From the human T2T-CHM13v2.0 reference genome, Homo sapiens: a DNA stretch of 64,000 nt. The position numbers were made by a program, and so were the translations under genes. This document shows positions 9,568-24,089 of this stretch, piece after piece. The stretch is taken from NCBI RefSeq assembly GCF_009914755.1, contig NC_060939.1. The stretch is one strand, 5' to 3'. A model generated the notes under the pieces. It ran no database searches. It saw only the letters and a list, made by a program, of their open reading frames with translations, and was not told where the DNA came from. How positions within the stretch are numbered: position 1 is the stretch's first letter; each line of letters opens with the position of its first letter.

Positions 9568-9765
9568 GGAGGAAGGAAGGAAGGAAGGAAGGAAGGAAGG
9601 AAGGAATGAAGGAAGGAAGGTAGGTAGGACGGAAGGAAGGAAGGAAGGAAGGAAGGAAGGAAGGAAGGAAGGAAGGAAGGAAAGAAGGAAGGTAGGACGG
9701 AAGGAAGGTAGGAAGGAAGGAAGGAAGGAAGGAAGGAAGGAAGGAAAGGAGGATGAAAGGAAGGA
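9568..9765. repeat. (GGAA)n-rich polypurine microsatellite, period 2 (longer; 13 uninterrupted units at 9631-9682)
   Basis: Seen directly; manual count. Confidence 0.95.
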
Positions 9766-10361
9766 GCAAACACCGGTGTTACTAAAACCCCCCCAAAAAT
9801 GGTTTCCCCCTGTGGGTAAGCCTACAATGTGGATGAATCTTGAAAATATTGTGCTACGTGTTATGTCAGTCATAGCAGCTCACCTATTGTGCAATTCCGT
9901 TTATAGGAAATGTCCACAATATGGAAATCTATGCATATGGGACTGATCGCACTAGGTAGTTGCTACCTAGGGCTGAGGGTCAGGGAGAGGGTTTGAGACA
10001 GAAGGAGGAGTGACTAATGTCTACAGCGTTTTTCTCTGGTCGGGGGTGATAAGACGTTTTACAATGGATTGCGAATCAATATTGAATGTGCACAACCACA
10101 GGTATACTAAAAGCCACTCAATTCATGACTTTTAATGGGGGAATCTTATGTGGCGCAGTCTTATGGAGACCACGGCAGACATAGTGAGAGAGAAAAAGGT
10201 GAGTAAATATCTGAAACGGAGGCAGAAACAGAGAGAATGAAAAGCCCTGTGAATGGAAGGGAGAGCGAAAAGGGAAAATGGTCCCATTTGCAAATGACAG
10301 ATGTGAAACTGGGGTTCACATCAACAGAGTCACTGCCAGGAGGAGGGTCATGCTAGCCATG

Positions 10362-13298
10362 TCACCGGTAGTGTGGCCCGCAGGGACGCCGACCTGCTGG
10401 AGCTTCGTGCCAGCATGGGCTGTGGCAACCACGTGGGCCAGCAGGAGGTTCCCGCTGCACAGCTGTGGGGTGAGGATAGACGAGGTGGTGATATCGGCCA
10501 TTACAGGGGCCTCTTCTGCTGGCAAGAGTGTGACAGCAGCAAGTAGATGGACAGGCCTGCGTGTGAGGACGGAATGCAGGAGGGGTTCTTGTGCGGCTGG
10601 GTGTGGGGCCCTCACGGGAACCGTGGAGAAATGGCCAGGTAACTGCGTCATGTGGGCTAGTAGATTGGCCAGGGCTTCGAACTGAAGGACGATAACGGGG
10701 AGCAGCTCTCAGGCCCTGGGAGTGCCTGAGTGTAAGTGGAGATGGGTTTGGGGTCACTGAGGGATGCGTGGGAGCCATCCCCGTATAGGTACAGGTCATA
10801 GGGAGATAGTCTCGTGAGGCCTGTGAGTGTCTAGGGTTGTCCTGGGTGCCTGGGGCTGACTGTGGCAGAAATCTGGGGAAGGCTGGAGAGAAGCTGGGAG
10901 ACCCAGGAGAGTCCCTGAAGGCAGGGGGTGAAGAGGTGAAAGAAATGGGGGAGGGTTGCAGTAAGGTCCGTGAGTTTGTAGGTGATTCCTGGGTGCGGGA
11001 AGCTGACTCCAGGTGAAATCTGGAGATGGTTGGAGAGTAGCTGAGAGAGACAGAAGAGTCCCTGAGGGCTGGGGGTGAGAACATGAGGGAGACGGGGGAG
11101 TAAGTCAGTGAAATTCGTGAGTTCGGTGGTGTATCGTGGGTGCCTGGAACTGACTCCAGCTGGAATCTAGAGAAGTTTTGAGAGTAGCTGAAGGAGACAC
11201 AAGAGTCCCTGTGGGCTGGGGGCAAAGACCTGAGAGAGACCAGGGAGGACCTCAGTGAAGTCTGTGAGTCTGTAGGTGATTCCGGAGTGTGGGAGGCTGA
11301 CTCCCGCTGAAATCTGGGCGTGGTGGGAGAGTAGCTGGGACAGACAGGAGAGTCCCAGGGGCCTGGGGATGAAGACATGTGAGAGACTGGGGAGTAACTC
11401 AGTGAAATTGCTGAGTTGGTTGGTGATACCTGGGTGCCTGGAACTGACCCCCGCTGAAATCTGGGCATGGTTGGAGAGTAGCTGGGACACACAGGAGAGT
11501 CCCTGAGGGCTGGGGGTGAAGACATGAGCGAGACCGGGGAGTAACTGAGTGAAACTGGTGAGTTTGGTGGTGACTCCGGGGTGCCTGGAACTGACTCCAG
11601 CTGAAATGTGGGCGTGGTTTGAGAGTAGCTGGGACAGACAGGAGAGTCCCTGAGGACTGGGGAAGACATGAGAGAGACTGGAGAGTAATTGAGCGAAATT
11701 GGTGAGTTTGGTGGTGATTCCTGGGTGCCTGGAACTGACTCCCGCTGAAGTGTGGGAGTGGTTGGAGAGTAGCTGGGACACACAGGAGAGTCCCTGAGGG
11801 TTGGAGATAAAGACGTGCTAGAGACTGAGGAGTAACTGAGTGAAATTGGTGAGTTTGGTGGTGATTCCGGGGTGCCTGGAACGGACTCCAGCTGAAATGT
11901 GGGCGTGGTTGGAGAGTAGCTGGGACAGACCGGAGAGTCCCTGAGGGATGGTGAAGACATGAGAGAGACTGGGGAGTAACGCAGTGAAATTGGTGAGTTT
12001 GGTGGTGATTTCTGGGTGCCTGCAACGGACTCCCGCTGAAGTGTGGGCGTGCTTGGAGAGTAGCTGGGACACACAGGAGAGTCCCTGAGGGTTGGAGATA
12101 AAGACGTGCTAGAGACTGAGGAGTAACTGAGTGAAATTGGTGAGTTTGGTGGTGATTCCGGGGTGCCTGGAACGGACTCCAGCTGAAATGTGGGCGTGGT
12201 TGGAGAGTAGCTGGGACAGACGGGAGAGTCCCTGAGGGATGGTGAAGACATGAGAGAGACTGGGGAGTAACGCAGTGAAATTGGTGAGTTTGGTGGTGAT
12301 TTCTGGGTGCCTGCAACGGACTCCCGCTGAAGTGTGGGCGTGCTTGGAGAGTAGCTGGGACAGACAGGCGAGTCCCTGAGGGTTGGAGATAAAGACGTGC
12401 TGGAGTCTGGGGAGTAACTCAGTGAAAGTGGTGGGCTTGGTGGTGATCCCAGGGTTCCTTGAACTGACCCGCGCTGAAATGTGGGCGTGGTTGGAGAGTA
12501 GCTGGGACAGACTGGAGGGTCCGTAAGGGCTGGGGGTGAAGACGTGAGAGAGACTGGCGAGGATCTCACTGAGGTCTGTGAGTTTGTAGGTGTTTCTGGG
12601 GTGTGGGCTACAGACTCCCGCTGAAATCTGGGCGTAGTTGGAGAGTAGCTGGGACAGACAGGAGAGTCATGGGTGGCTGAGAGTGAGCTGCTGGATGATG
12701 GCAGTAAGAACATATGGTGCATTATTGATGAATGAGGTGACTGTGAAGAATCTCCGGAGGACACGGGAGAACACAAAGACATGAGTGATTGTCCTGCTTG
12801 GTTAGGAAAGGGAAACGTAAAGTTGTGGAATTCTGTTGATGATGGATGTGAGAGTGGCGAAGCCCTGCGGGATGATGTAGGGGACTTCCACATCCCTGGT
12901 GAGGAGCTGCCCCTTGGGTCTGAGTTTCTGGGAGGGGAGAGGGAGAAGCTGGGTGAGGCAGGCATGAATCTTGAGGAGTCAGGGCTGGGGGACCGCTCAT
13001 ATTCTCCCGAGACCTGTGAGTCTCTGGGGGACTCCTGGGTGCATGGGGCTGACTCCCGCAGGAACCTGGGGATGGCTGGAGAGTAACTGGGAGCCACAGG
13101 AGGGTCCCTGAGGCCTGGGGGTGAAGAGATGCAAGACACAGTGGTGGAGCAGCGTGAGGCTCGTGAGTTTGTAGGTGATTCCTGGGTGTGGGGGGCTGAC
13201 TCCAGCTGAAATCTGGGGTTGTTTGGAGAGTAGCTGGGAGGCACAGGAGACCCCCCGAGAGCTGGGGGTGAGATGCTGGGTGATGGCAGTAAGAACAT
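10362..13298 (-). CDS. 5'-truncated ACRO1-ORF copy, 978 aa (lacks promoter and first 111 codons)
   Basis: Colinear with residues 112-1091 of the 3673-6948 ORF apart from two single-codon deletions. Cut by the array boundary at 13329. Confidence 0.45.
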   Translation of the reverse strand: MFLLPSPSISPPALGGSPVPPSYSPNNPRFQLESAPHTQESPTNSRASRCSTTVSCISSPPGLRDPPVAPSYSPAIPRFLRESAPCTQESPRDSQVSGEYERSPSPDSSRFMPASPSFSLSPPRNSDPRGSSSPGMWKSPTSSRRASPLSHPSSTEFHNFTFPFPNQAGQSLMSLCSPVSSGDSSQSPHSSIMHHMFLLPSSSSSLSATHDSPVCPSYSPTTPRFQRESVAHTPETPTNSQTSVRSSPVSLTSSPPALTDPPVCPSYSPTTPTFQRGSVQGTLGSPPSPPLSLSYSPDSSTSLSPTLRDSPVCPSYSPSTPTLQRESVAGTQKSPPNSPISLRYSPVSLMSSPSLRDSPVCPSYSPTTPTFQLESVPGTPESPPNSPISLSYSSVSSTSLSPTLRDSPVCPSYSPSTPTLQRESVAGTQKSPPNSPISLRYSPVSLMSSPSLRDSPVCPSYSPTTPTFQLESVPGTPESPPNSPISLSYSSVSSTSLSPTLRDSPVCPSYSPTTPTLQRESVPGTQESPPNSPISLNYSPVSLMSSPVLRDSPVCPSYSQTTPTFQLESVPGTPESPPNSPVSLSYSPVSLMSSPPALRDSPVCPSYSPTMPRFQRGSVPGTQVSPTNSAISLSYSPVSHMSSSPGPWDSPVCPSYSPTTPRFQRESASHTPESPTDSQTSLRSSLVSLRSLPPAHRDSCVSFSYSQNFSRFQLESVPGTHDTPPNSRISLTYSPVSLMFSPPALRDSSVSLSYSPTISRFHLESASRTQESPTNSRTLLQPSPISFTSSPPAFRDSPGSPSFSPAFPRFLPQSAPGTQDNPRHSQASRDYLPMTCTYTGMAPTHPSVTPNPSPLTLRHSQGLRAAPRYRPSVRSPGQSTSPHDAVTWPFLHGSREGPTPSRTRTPPAFRPHTQACPSTCCCHTLASRRGPCNGRYHHLVYPHPTAVQREPPAGPRGCHSPCWHEAPAGRRPCGPHYR

Positions 13299-13329
13299 GT
13301 GGTATATTATTGATGAACTTGGGGACTCT
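10815..13329 (-). repeat. ACRO1 satellite array, copy 2
   Basis: Same periodic motif as copy 1. Confidence 0.85.
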
Positions 13330-13739
13330 AGCTTGTCAATGATTCTAGCTTATATTAATATGCAATGTATACAATATGCTAACATTTACAATATATGTTT
13401 ATAGTTTAAACATTTCTGTCATATTTTCAGATTCTTTAAAGATTATATTACACTTCCTCTTTCAGATAGCTGCTTAAAATGAGTAAGGAAAAACGGATGT
13501 GTGCATCAGTTGTAACTGTTTGTGGACTAAAACTAGTTGATTTCCTGGTTAGGAACAAAAAGTGACAACCTAATTAACTGAAAATTTTAAGTAGGCAATT
13601 ATAGTTTTAGCTTTAAAGTAAAATATTAACTATGCTCCATTCTTGCATTTTTAACATAATACTCAATATAAATCGCCACATGCCATGTTTCAGATCAAGG
13701 TTCTACTTGTGATCTCTCATGAGTTTTTCAAGGTTTTAA

Positions 13740-15870
13740 TTATCTGAGATGTAACAATGTACCCGTAACCTTACTCGCTTAAACCAGGAATTTATTCTTT
13801 TTACATGTCAATTTTCTGGGTCAAGACACTGGACAGGGCGGTGTGGGTTGGTTGCTTCGTGATGTCCCTGGTCTCATCTGGAAGGACTCTAGTGGCTGGG
13901 GACTTGAAGCAGGGACCCAGAAGGACTCTAGTGGCTGGGGACATGGAGCAGGCACCCAGCCCTCTCTTTGTGGCCAGCACGGACTTCCTCCCAGTCTGGC
14001 AGTCAGGTAGTCAGGTTTGTCTGGCTTCTCCCAGGGTGTGTGTCCAAGAGGCCCAGGCAGAAGCTGTAAGTTCTCTCATGATCATCCCTCAGAAGTCCCA
14101 GAGCATCTCTCCTGCCACACTGTCCAGTCATACTCATCACTGAGACAAGCCATGATTCAAGGGCGGAAGGTGATTAGATTCCACCTCTTGATGAGAAGCA
14201 TAGTAGGAACCTGCAGCAGTCTTTAATAAACCACAGGTTGTCCTCTGTCCACAAACTATTAACGTTTCTCCCACATGCAAATTATGCTTTGCCCCTCTCA
14301 AGAGTCCCAAAATGGTTTTCCTTATGGCACTGGCTGGTAGCCCAACTGAATCCTGAATCAGGTTGTGGTGGCCTGTCATCTGCCCCTGATGCACTCAGCC
14401 ACAGTGAGGACTGAATCAGGTTGTTGTGACCTATCATCTGAGCCCACACACTCAGCCGCAGTGAGGACTGAATCAAGTTGTGGTGGCCTGTCATCTGCCC
14501 CTGACGCACTCAGCCACAGTGAGGACTGAATCAGGTTGTTGTGACCTACCATCTGAGCCCACACACTCAGCCGCAGTGAGGGGACAGGTGTGAAAACAGT
14601 CGGCATTTCCCTTTAGAAGCTGTTGGTGGGAGGCAGGAGGGAGATGCTGCCCTGCAGGCCCCGTCTAACAGTTAGTCATTCCCCTGGGGCGCCTGTTACA
14701 GTTCTGTGATTAGTGCCCAGTCCGGGTCCCTGAGAACGGCGCCCAGTCCTTGTCCCTGAGAACAGCGTTTGTGTCCTTTTACTCCTCCCTCTGGGCTTTT
14801 GTCATTCTCCATGTTCTTTTTCCTTCAGTGCCTGGGTTGCCGTTGACCAACTTTCTCTGCGTTTTTCTTATAGTCAATAGGGTATTCAATGGCTTCTTTT
14901 TAATTTTTTTCTTTTCTTTTTTTTTCTTTGGCCTTTTGAGACAAGAAATTATTTCTTTATATTTTCTGTAAATTTTGTTTGAAAACTGAACTTCCTTCTT
15001 TAGATCATGTCCCTCTCCTGTCATATTTATTCATTGACAGTTAGGGGAGGCTGGTAGCACTTTCCATGTTCTTCCCAGATGTCTCCTTAGGCAGATCCCT
15101 GAGATGGTGCAGTGCCCTTTCAGTTTCCATGTTGTGGTCGTAGTTTTCCCACAGTCCCTCAGCACGTAACTCTCAGGCCTTTTCTCCAGTTTCCAATGAC
15201 ATTTTCTCACTGTCCTTCATGCCCTGACCAAGAGTCTTGATGCCCTTCCAGGTTGCATGAATGGTCTCCTTGAGGCCCAGTTACAGGTCAGCCTCACAGT
15301 CGTGGCAAATATTTTAGCTTCTGATTACCACAGCGGCTCATTTCCAGCTACCATATTCTGTTCCAGTTATCTATTCTGAAGAAACCATCCCCAAAACTTG
15401 GCAGCTTAAAACAACTCATTATTACTTGTTTTTTGGCTTAGAGAGTCTTGGTGGCCAACTCATCTCACACACAGTTGCAGCCAAGCTGGATTGTGTGAAA
15501 GCACAGCGGGGTGGTGTGCAGGGTGGCTCACCAGTGGTTCGGAGTGGAAGTTGCTGGAGGCTCACTAGTGGTTGGGAGTCGGTGTTGCTGGAGGGTCAGT
15601 GGGGGATGTCAATGCAATGCGTGTAGCTAGTCATGGACTGGCCGTGTGGTTTCCATCATGGGGTCTCAGGGGAGTGGGATTTCCTGCCTGGTGACTGGCT
15701 TTCTCCTGGATAAGTGTTCTGTTTTCTCAGCCTGGCTTCTGAAGTCCCCAAATACCACCTTTGTCACCTTCTGTTGGCCAAAGAAATCAGTAGTCTGGGC
15801 AAGGTATAAGGGGAATTGGTTCTCACAGAGAGAGGAGCAGGAAAGAAGTTGTCACCTTTAGTCTACCAGA
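13740..15870 (-). mobile_element. Degenerate MaLR (MLT1-like): LTR about 13740-14235, internal region, LTR about 15359-15870
   Basis: Two related segments with MLT1 hallmarks (gcttaaaacaac, cagaagtccca, ttccacctcttgatgaga, terminal accaca/ctacca). Confidence 0.55.
14353..14582. repeat. Minisatellite, 58/57-bp units in ABAB order (115-bp dimer x2)
   Basis: ctgaatca(g/a)gttgt starts at 14353, 14411, 14468 and 14526. Confidence 0.9.
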
Positions 15871-16690
15871 AATATGATTTTTATAACAAGTTTGTTCCAA
15901 ATACATTCCAGTTCCCCTTGTGAATACTTTTTTGACTCACAGGGTATTTCAAAGTTTATTACTTGGTTTTCAGACATTTGAGGCTTTTCTGGATATCAAT
16001 TTGTTGTTGGTTTCTAATTTAATTTCAAGTGTTCAGACAACATACTTTGTATACTATTTCAGGCTTGAAACTTTTCTCAATTGATCGACATACAGTCTAT
16101 CTTGGTACTGCCAAGTACCATTTGGGTCAGGATTTTGTCATTTAGATCCGTATTTTTCCTATATTTTTATCTGGTTGTTCCATCAGTTATTGAGAGAGCA
16201 GTATTAATTCACCAGCTATAATTTTGGATTGTCAATTCCTGCTTTTGTTCTGTTGTTTTTGATTCACATATTTTGAAGCTCTGTGTGTGTGTGTACTTTG
16301 TGTGCACTTTGAGGCACAATTTATAATTGTAATATCATCCTCTCTGATTCTTTTATTTTTATGAAATTACCTTGTTTATTTCTGGTGATATATTTTGTTC
16401 TGAAGCCTCTTTCATCTAGTGTTAACATCTCCGTTGAAGCTTTTTATGATTAGTGTCTGGATAGCATATTTTTATGATTAGTGTCTGCATAGCATATTTT
16501 TTCTCATACTTTGTGTCTTTGTATTTAAATTGTGTCTCTGTGGATGCCATATTGTTGGGTCTTGCTTTCCTCTCAGGTCTGGCAGTCTCTGTCTTAAGTA
16601 GAGTATTTGTCCAGTTACATTGTAACTAATCATTGCTAAGGTTGGATTTAGGTCTGCCATTTTTCTACTTATTTTCTATTTGTTTGTTTA

Positions 16691-16983
16691 TTTTTTTTTT
16701 TTTAAGACAGGGTCTTGCTCTGTCACCGAGACTGTAGTGCAATGGTGCAATGTTGGCTCACTGCAACCTCTGCCTCCCAGGCCCAACCTATCCTCACTGG
16801 AACCCACTGAGTAGCTGGGACTACAGGCGCATGGAAACACACCTGGCTAATTTTTATATTTTTTGTAGAGATAGGGTTTTGCCATGTTGCACAGGCTGGT
16901 CTTGAACTCCTGAGCTCAAGCAATCTACCCACCTTGGCCTCCCAAAGTGTTCGGATTACAGGCATGAGCCACCATATCTGGCC
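16691..16983 (-). mobile_element. Alu (AluJ-like)
   Basis: Poly-T then agacagggtcttgctctgtc...ctcctgagctcaagcaatc...ggattacaggcatgagcc. Confidence 0.9.
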
Positions 16984-17094
16984 TTCGTCTGTGTTTTGAT
17001 CTTATATATATTCTTTCCTAACTTCTTTTGGGTTAAATATTTCTAAATATTCCAGTTTGATTAATCTTTTGGCTTTTTGAAATAATTTTTTATA

Positions 17095-17393
<299 letters not shown>

Positions 17394-17734
17394 TTATAAA
17401 TAATTTATTATTTAGAATTTTGGTAACAAACACATACCTTAAAATTTACCATCATAACCAGTTGTAAGTGTACAGTTTTGTAGAGTTAAGAATATTTACA
17501 GTGTTGTGTAGCAGATTTCTAGATTTTTTTTATCTTGGAAAACTCTATACCCATTCAACAACTATTAATTTCCCCCTCCTTCCACCTCCTGGCAAGTTCT
17601 ATTCTACTTTGTGTTTCTAAAAATTTGGCTTATATACCTAGGGTTATATAATATTTGTTGTTTTGTAAGTAGGTTCCATGTTATGTGTCAGATGTGTCAG
17701 GATTTTCTTCCTTTCTATGTCTGAATAATATTTC

Positions 17735-17832
17735 TTCATATATATTATATATATATTACATATATATTATATACATATATTATATATTATATATAAAATA
17801 TATGTATATAGTATATATCATATATATATATG
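17735..17832. repeat. (TA)n low-complexity tract
   Basis: Seen directly. Confidence 0.9.
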
Positions 17833-19349
17833 CTTTTGTTTATCCATCTATTCCTGGACGGACGTTTGGTTTCTTCCACCTTGTGGCTGTGTAATGCTGC
17901 TGTGAACATAGGGGTGCACATATCTGTTTGAGGTCCTGCTACTAGTTATTCTGTCTCTGTAGTAGTTGGATGGCTGGATCATATGGTCATTTTATTTTAT
18001 TTTTTTTGAGGAGCCAGTTCATATTTCCACCAACAGTGTTCAAGGGTTTCAGTTTCACCTGCGCTTGTTACTTTCTGTTGGGTTTGAAGTGATGTCGCAT
18101 TGTGGTTTCTTTTTGCATTTCTCTAATGACTAGTGATGTTACACATCTTCTCATATATCTCATGTATCTGTTGGCTATTTGTATATCATCTTTGCATCTT
18201 TGGATAAATGTTGTTTGTCCATTTTTTAATCACTTTATTTTGTTGTTGGGTTGTAGTGGGGTTTTTTTGTCATGATCTTTCATTTATCTCACAGTTCATT
18301 CTCCTTACTTGGGCCAGGGTCATGATCATTCATTATCTCTCAGTTCATCCTCATTACGTTGGGCAAACAGTCATGCTGCAGGGTATAGATTATGTTATTC
18401 TGTTACTTTCAGGTAGAATTGGGGTCTAGGTTCTAATTGTTTCTAAGTTTAGATTCTGAATGAGAATCAGCAGAGGTAGACCACCACTGCTGGGGCCTGG
18501 GGATTGCCGGGGAAAAGGCAGGAAACAAATACAGACCAGACCATGGAGGGTTTGTGTTTCATGGCTCCCATCTGGGTACCCAAGGAACCTACATGTAGCT
18601 CGTGTGTGGAGAGCCTACATTGCCCACTCAAAGCAATTGAGGATGGAACAGTCTTGGGGCTGGAGCTCATTTTTTGGAATGATAACCACATCTGCACAGA
18701 GAGGACCTGATAAGATGTTGTCCTTCCATGTATATCTGGGAATCCTGTGTAGGGTCTCTCTGTAAGGACAGGGGCAGTGTTGTCTCCTTGGCCTCTAGTT
18801 AGCCTCACGAGTAGTCTAGTAAAGGCTTTGCCAACTTGTCACCATCTGTGGATATTCTGGCCAGCTCTTGTTTTCACCCTACTGACTTCTTCAGACACTA
18901 GGCTTTTGCTTTAGACCACTCATGGTTTTTCTTCCTCTTCAAATCAGTAATCAATAAATCCTCTTCAAATCAATAGATTTCCACTCCTTTAGGAAACTCT
19001 GATCTTCTGGTCATGCCAAGGTTTAATTAACTGGTTTAATTGTTTTTCTGTTTTCTTGGTTTCTTTTTCCTTCTTCCTGGGGGTTTCTAGTAATTTTAGT
19101 TTCATGTCTCACTTTCTCCATTTTTTAGTTCTTAGTTTTCTTCTGTGATTATTTTCACTGCAGCTGCAGGGCCTAATCCTGGGTTGGCAGAGAACTAGCA
19201 CTTACTCTGCCCTAATTGGAATCCGGGAGAGATAGGAGGTGCCCTAGTGTGAAAATGTGTTTGCTCCTCTTTGCTTCTGGTAGTCTCTCTGTAGGAGTAC
19301 TTTACGTATTCTGTATGTTCACTTCTTATGAGATACATGATGTGCAACT

Positions 19350-19563
19350 ATAGGTTGAATGTCTCTGATCCAAAAATCTGAAATCCCAAATGCTCCAAAT
19401 TCTGAAACTTTTTGAGTGCCAACATGACACTCAAAGGAAATGCTTATTGGAGCATCTCAGACTCAGGTGTTTGAATTCGAGATGTTTAACCAGTAAGAAT
19501 AATGCAAATATTACAAAATCTGAAACACATCCCAAGCATTTCAAATAAGGGACACTCAACTGG
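19350..19563 (+). mobile_element. MER46A/Tigger4a-like MITE
   Basis: Ends aggttgaatgtctct and agggacactcaact form degenerate inverted repeats. The internal aaatgctccaaa...ctttttgagtgccaacatgacactcaaaggaaatgc is typical of the family. Confidence 0.75.
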
Positions 19564-20362
19564 TATTTTCTTTTATTCTACAGTTTGCCTTTTACCCTGT
19601 TGTTTGTTACCTTTGTGGTACAAAAGTTTTAAGTTTGATATATTTTTGCTTTTACTGCCTGAGCTTTTAATGTTGTATCCTAAAAATTATTGACAAATTC
19701 ATCGTCATAAAGCATTTTCCAAATTTGTTTTCCCTAGGAGTTTGATAGTTCTAGTTTTACATTTAGGTTTATAATTCACTTTGAATTAATTTTAACGTGG
19801 TGTAAGGTAAGAGTCCAACTTCATTGTTTTGCATGTAGATATACAATTTTCCCATCACCATTTGTTGAAGAAACTGTCCTTTGCCATTGAGTGGTCTTGG
19901 CATCCTTGTGGAAGATCATCAAACCATATATGCCAGGGTTGGCTTCTGAGGTCTCTGTTGTGTTGGTCCATAAGTGTGTCAAGTATGTCTTTATGCCATG
20001 ACCACATTTTTTTTGGCTTATTGCAGTTTGGTAATTGTTTTGAGACCTTTAATTTTGTTCTGTTTCAAGATTGATTTGCCTATTCATGGGCCCTGGAGAT
20101 TCCATATGAATTTTAATATAGGTTTTTCTGTTTATCAAAAATGTCATTGGAATCTTTATAAGGATTGTATTGAATCTAGGTCACTTCGAGTAGTGTTGAC
20201 ATCATTCCAAGATGAAATCATCTAATCTGCAAACCCAGCTTTACTTTTTCATTTATTTGTGTTTAATTTCTTTCAACAGTGTTTTGTAGTTTTCTGTGTT
20301 CAAATCTTTTGCCCTTTTTGTTAAGCTTATTTTTAATTTTTATAATGCTGTTTTAAATGTAA

Positions 20363-21055
<693 letters not shown>

Positions 21056-22085
21056 TCTCTTTTTAAAATTTCATTTGCAGATTGTTCATTGTTAGTTTAT
21101 GGAAATGCAACTGACTTGTGTGTGTTACTGTATCCTGAAACTTTGTTGAATTTCATTATTTTACCAGTATTTTGTGGAATTTCAGGATTTTTCCCATTAC
21201 ATCCTGTTGTCTGTGAACAAAATTTTGTACTTTTTCCTTTCCAATTTGCATGCTTTTTATTACTTTCTCTTGCCTAATTATTCTGAGTAGAAATTCCAGT
21301 GCTTTGGTGAATAGAAGTGGCAGGAAGGGATGTTGCTATCTTATTCCTGATCCTAGAGGAAAAGATTTTAGTTTTTCACCATTGAGTATGATGTTAGCTG
21401 TGAGCTTTTCATGTACAATCTTTATTTACTGAGGAGTTTCCATATATTACTAATTCTTTGAGTCTTTTTATTACAAAAGGTGTTCATCTGGCTCTGGAAC
21501 CAGATAAATGTTGACCTGATAGAATGGATTGGAATGTCCCCTTCTGGTTTTTGAACATTTTTGGAATATTTTGCAGAGGATTGGCATTAATTCTTCTTGA
21601 AATGTTTGGTAAAATTCTCCAGTGAAGTTATCTGGACCTGGAATTTTCTTTTTTGGGGGGTTTTTGATTACTGGTTGAATCTTCTTACTAGTTACAGGTC
21701 TCTTTGGATTTTTTATTTCTCCGTGATTCAGTATGGTGGTTTGTGTTTCTAGGAATTTATAAATTTATTCTAGGTTGCCCAGTTTTGTGGCATACGGTTG
21801 CTCACATTAGTCTCTTTTAATCTTTTTCATTTCTGTGGCATCTGTTGTACTGTCACCTCTTTTATTTACGATTTTAGTATTTGAGATTTCTCTTTTTTTC
21901 TTAATATAGCTGTGAGTTTTAAAATTGTTATTGATCTTTAAAAAAAACTCAGTGTGTTTTTTTTTCCTTTTTTTTCTGGTATTATTCTGCTTATCTCTGC
22001 TCTAATCTGTTATTTTCTTCCTTTTGCTTGGTTTGTCATTAGTTTTTTTTTTTTCCCCCCTTCAGGTGTAATGTTAGGTTATTGA

Positions 22086-22330
22086 TTTGAGATCTTTCTT
22101 CTTTTTAATTTAAGCACCTGCAGCTATAAGCTTCCCTTTAGCATGGGTTTGAGATCTTTCTTCTTTTTAATTTAAGCATCTGCAGCTGTAAGCTTCCCTT
22201 TAGCATGGGTTTGAGATCTTTCTTCTTTTTAATTTAAGCATCTGCAGCTGTAAGCTTCCTTTTAGCACGGGTATGAGGTCTTTCTTCTTTTTAATTTAAG
22301 CATCTGCAGCTGTAAGCTTCCCTTTAGCAC
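22086..22330. repeat. 62-bp tandem repeat x4 inside L1M
   Basis: tgag(a/g)tctttcttctttttaatttaagca units start at 22086, 22148, 22210 and 22272. Confidence 0.9.
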
Positions 22331-22516
22331 TGCCTTTGTTGCCTCCTCCTGAGTTTGGGTATGTCATGGTTTTCTTTTCGTTTGCTTAAACATTTTTTGT
22401 CCTATTGTAATATAATTGCATTGTTTTTAATAAAGGTAATTAATGAAACACATAATGAATTTTGCTTCTGTTTTTATAATATTTTAAGCATTCTTAACTC
22501 AGAAATGTAAATTTTA

Positions 22517-22877
<361 letters not shown>

Positions 22878-22984
22878 TTAGAAACTATGATCTCCTAAGT
22901 GTATTGACACAACAACCTGACATAAAGATAAAGAATAATAAGCATATAACAAAACGGAAACTTGCAAATACCTGTTTTTTATTA

Positions 22985-23965
<981 letters not shown>

Positions 23966-24089
23966 AATATATACATCTTAATGAGTTTAGTGATAAGTAT
24001 TCTCCCCAGGACTCATCACAACAAATAATGCCGTAAACTTGACCATCACTCCCCATATATTTCTCATTCTCACGCTTTTTAAAAAATGA

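Larger units (their letters stand above)
6638..13329. repeat. ACRO1 composite macrosatellite, period 2 (terminal; array ends at about 13329)
   Basis: Near-identical copy of 1-6637. Homology stops abruptly at ggggactct|agcttgtc. Confidence 0.92.

Noticed and set aside
18260-19250. Possible LTR or exon-like segment within the L1M region
   Set aside because: Composition differs from the flanks, but I cannot assign a family or find a convincing spliced ORF.
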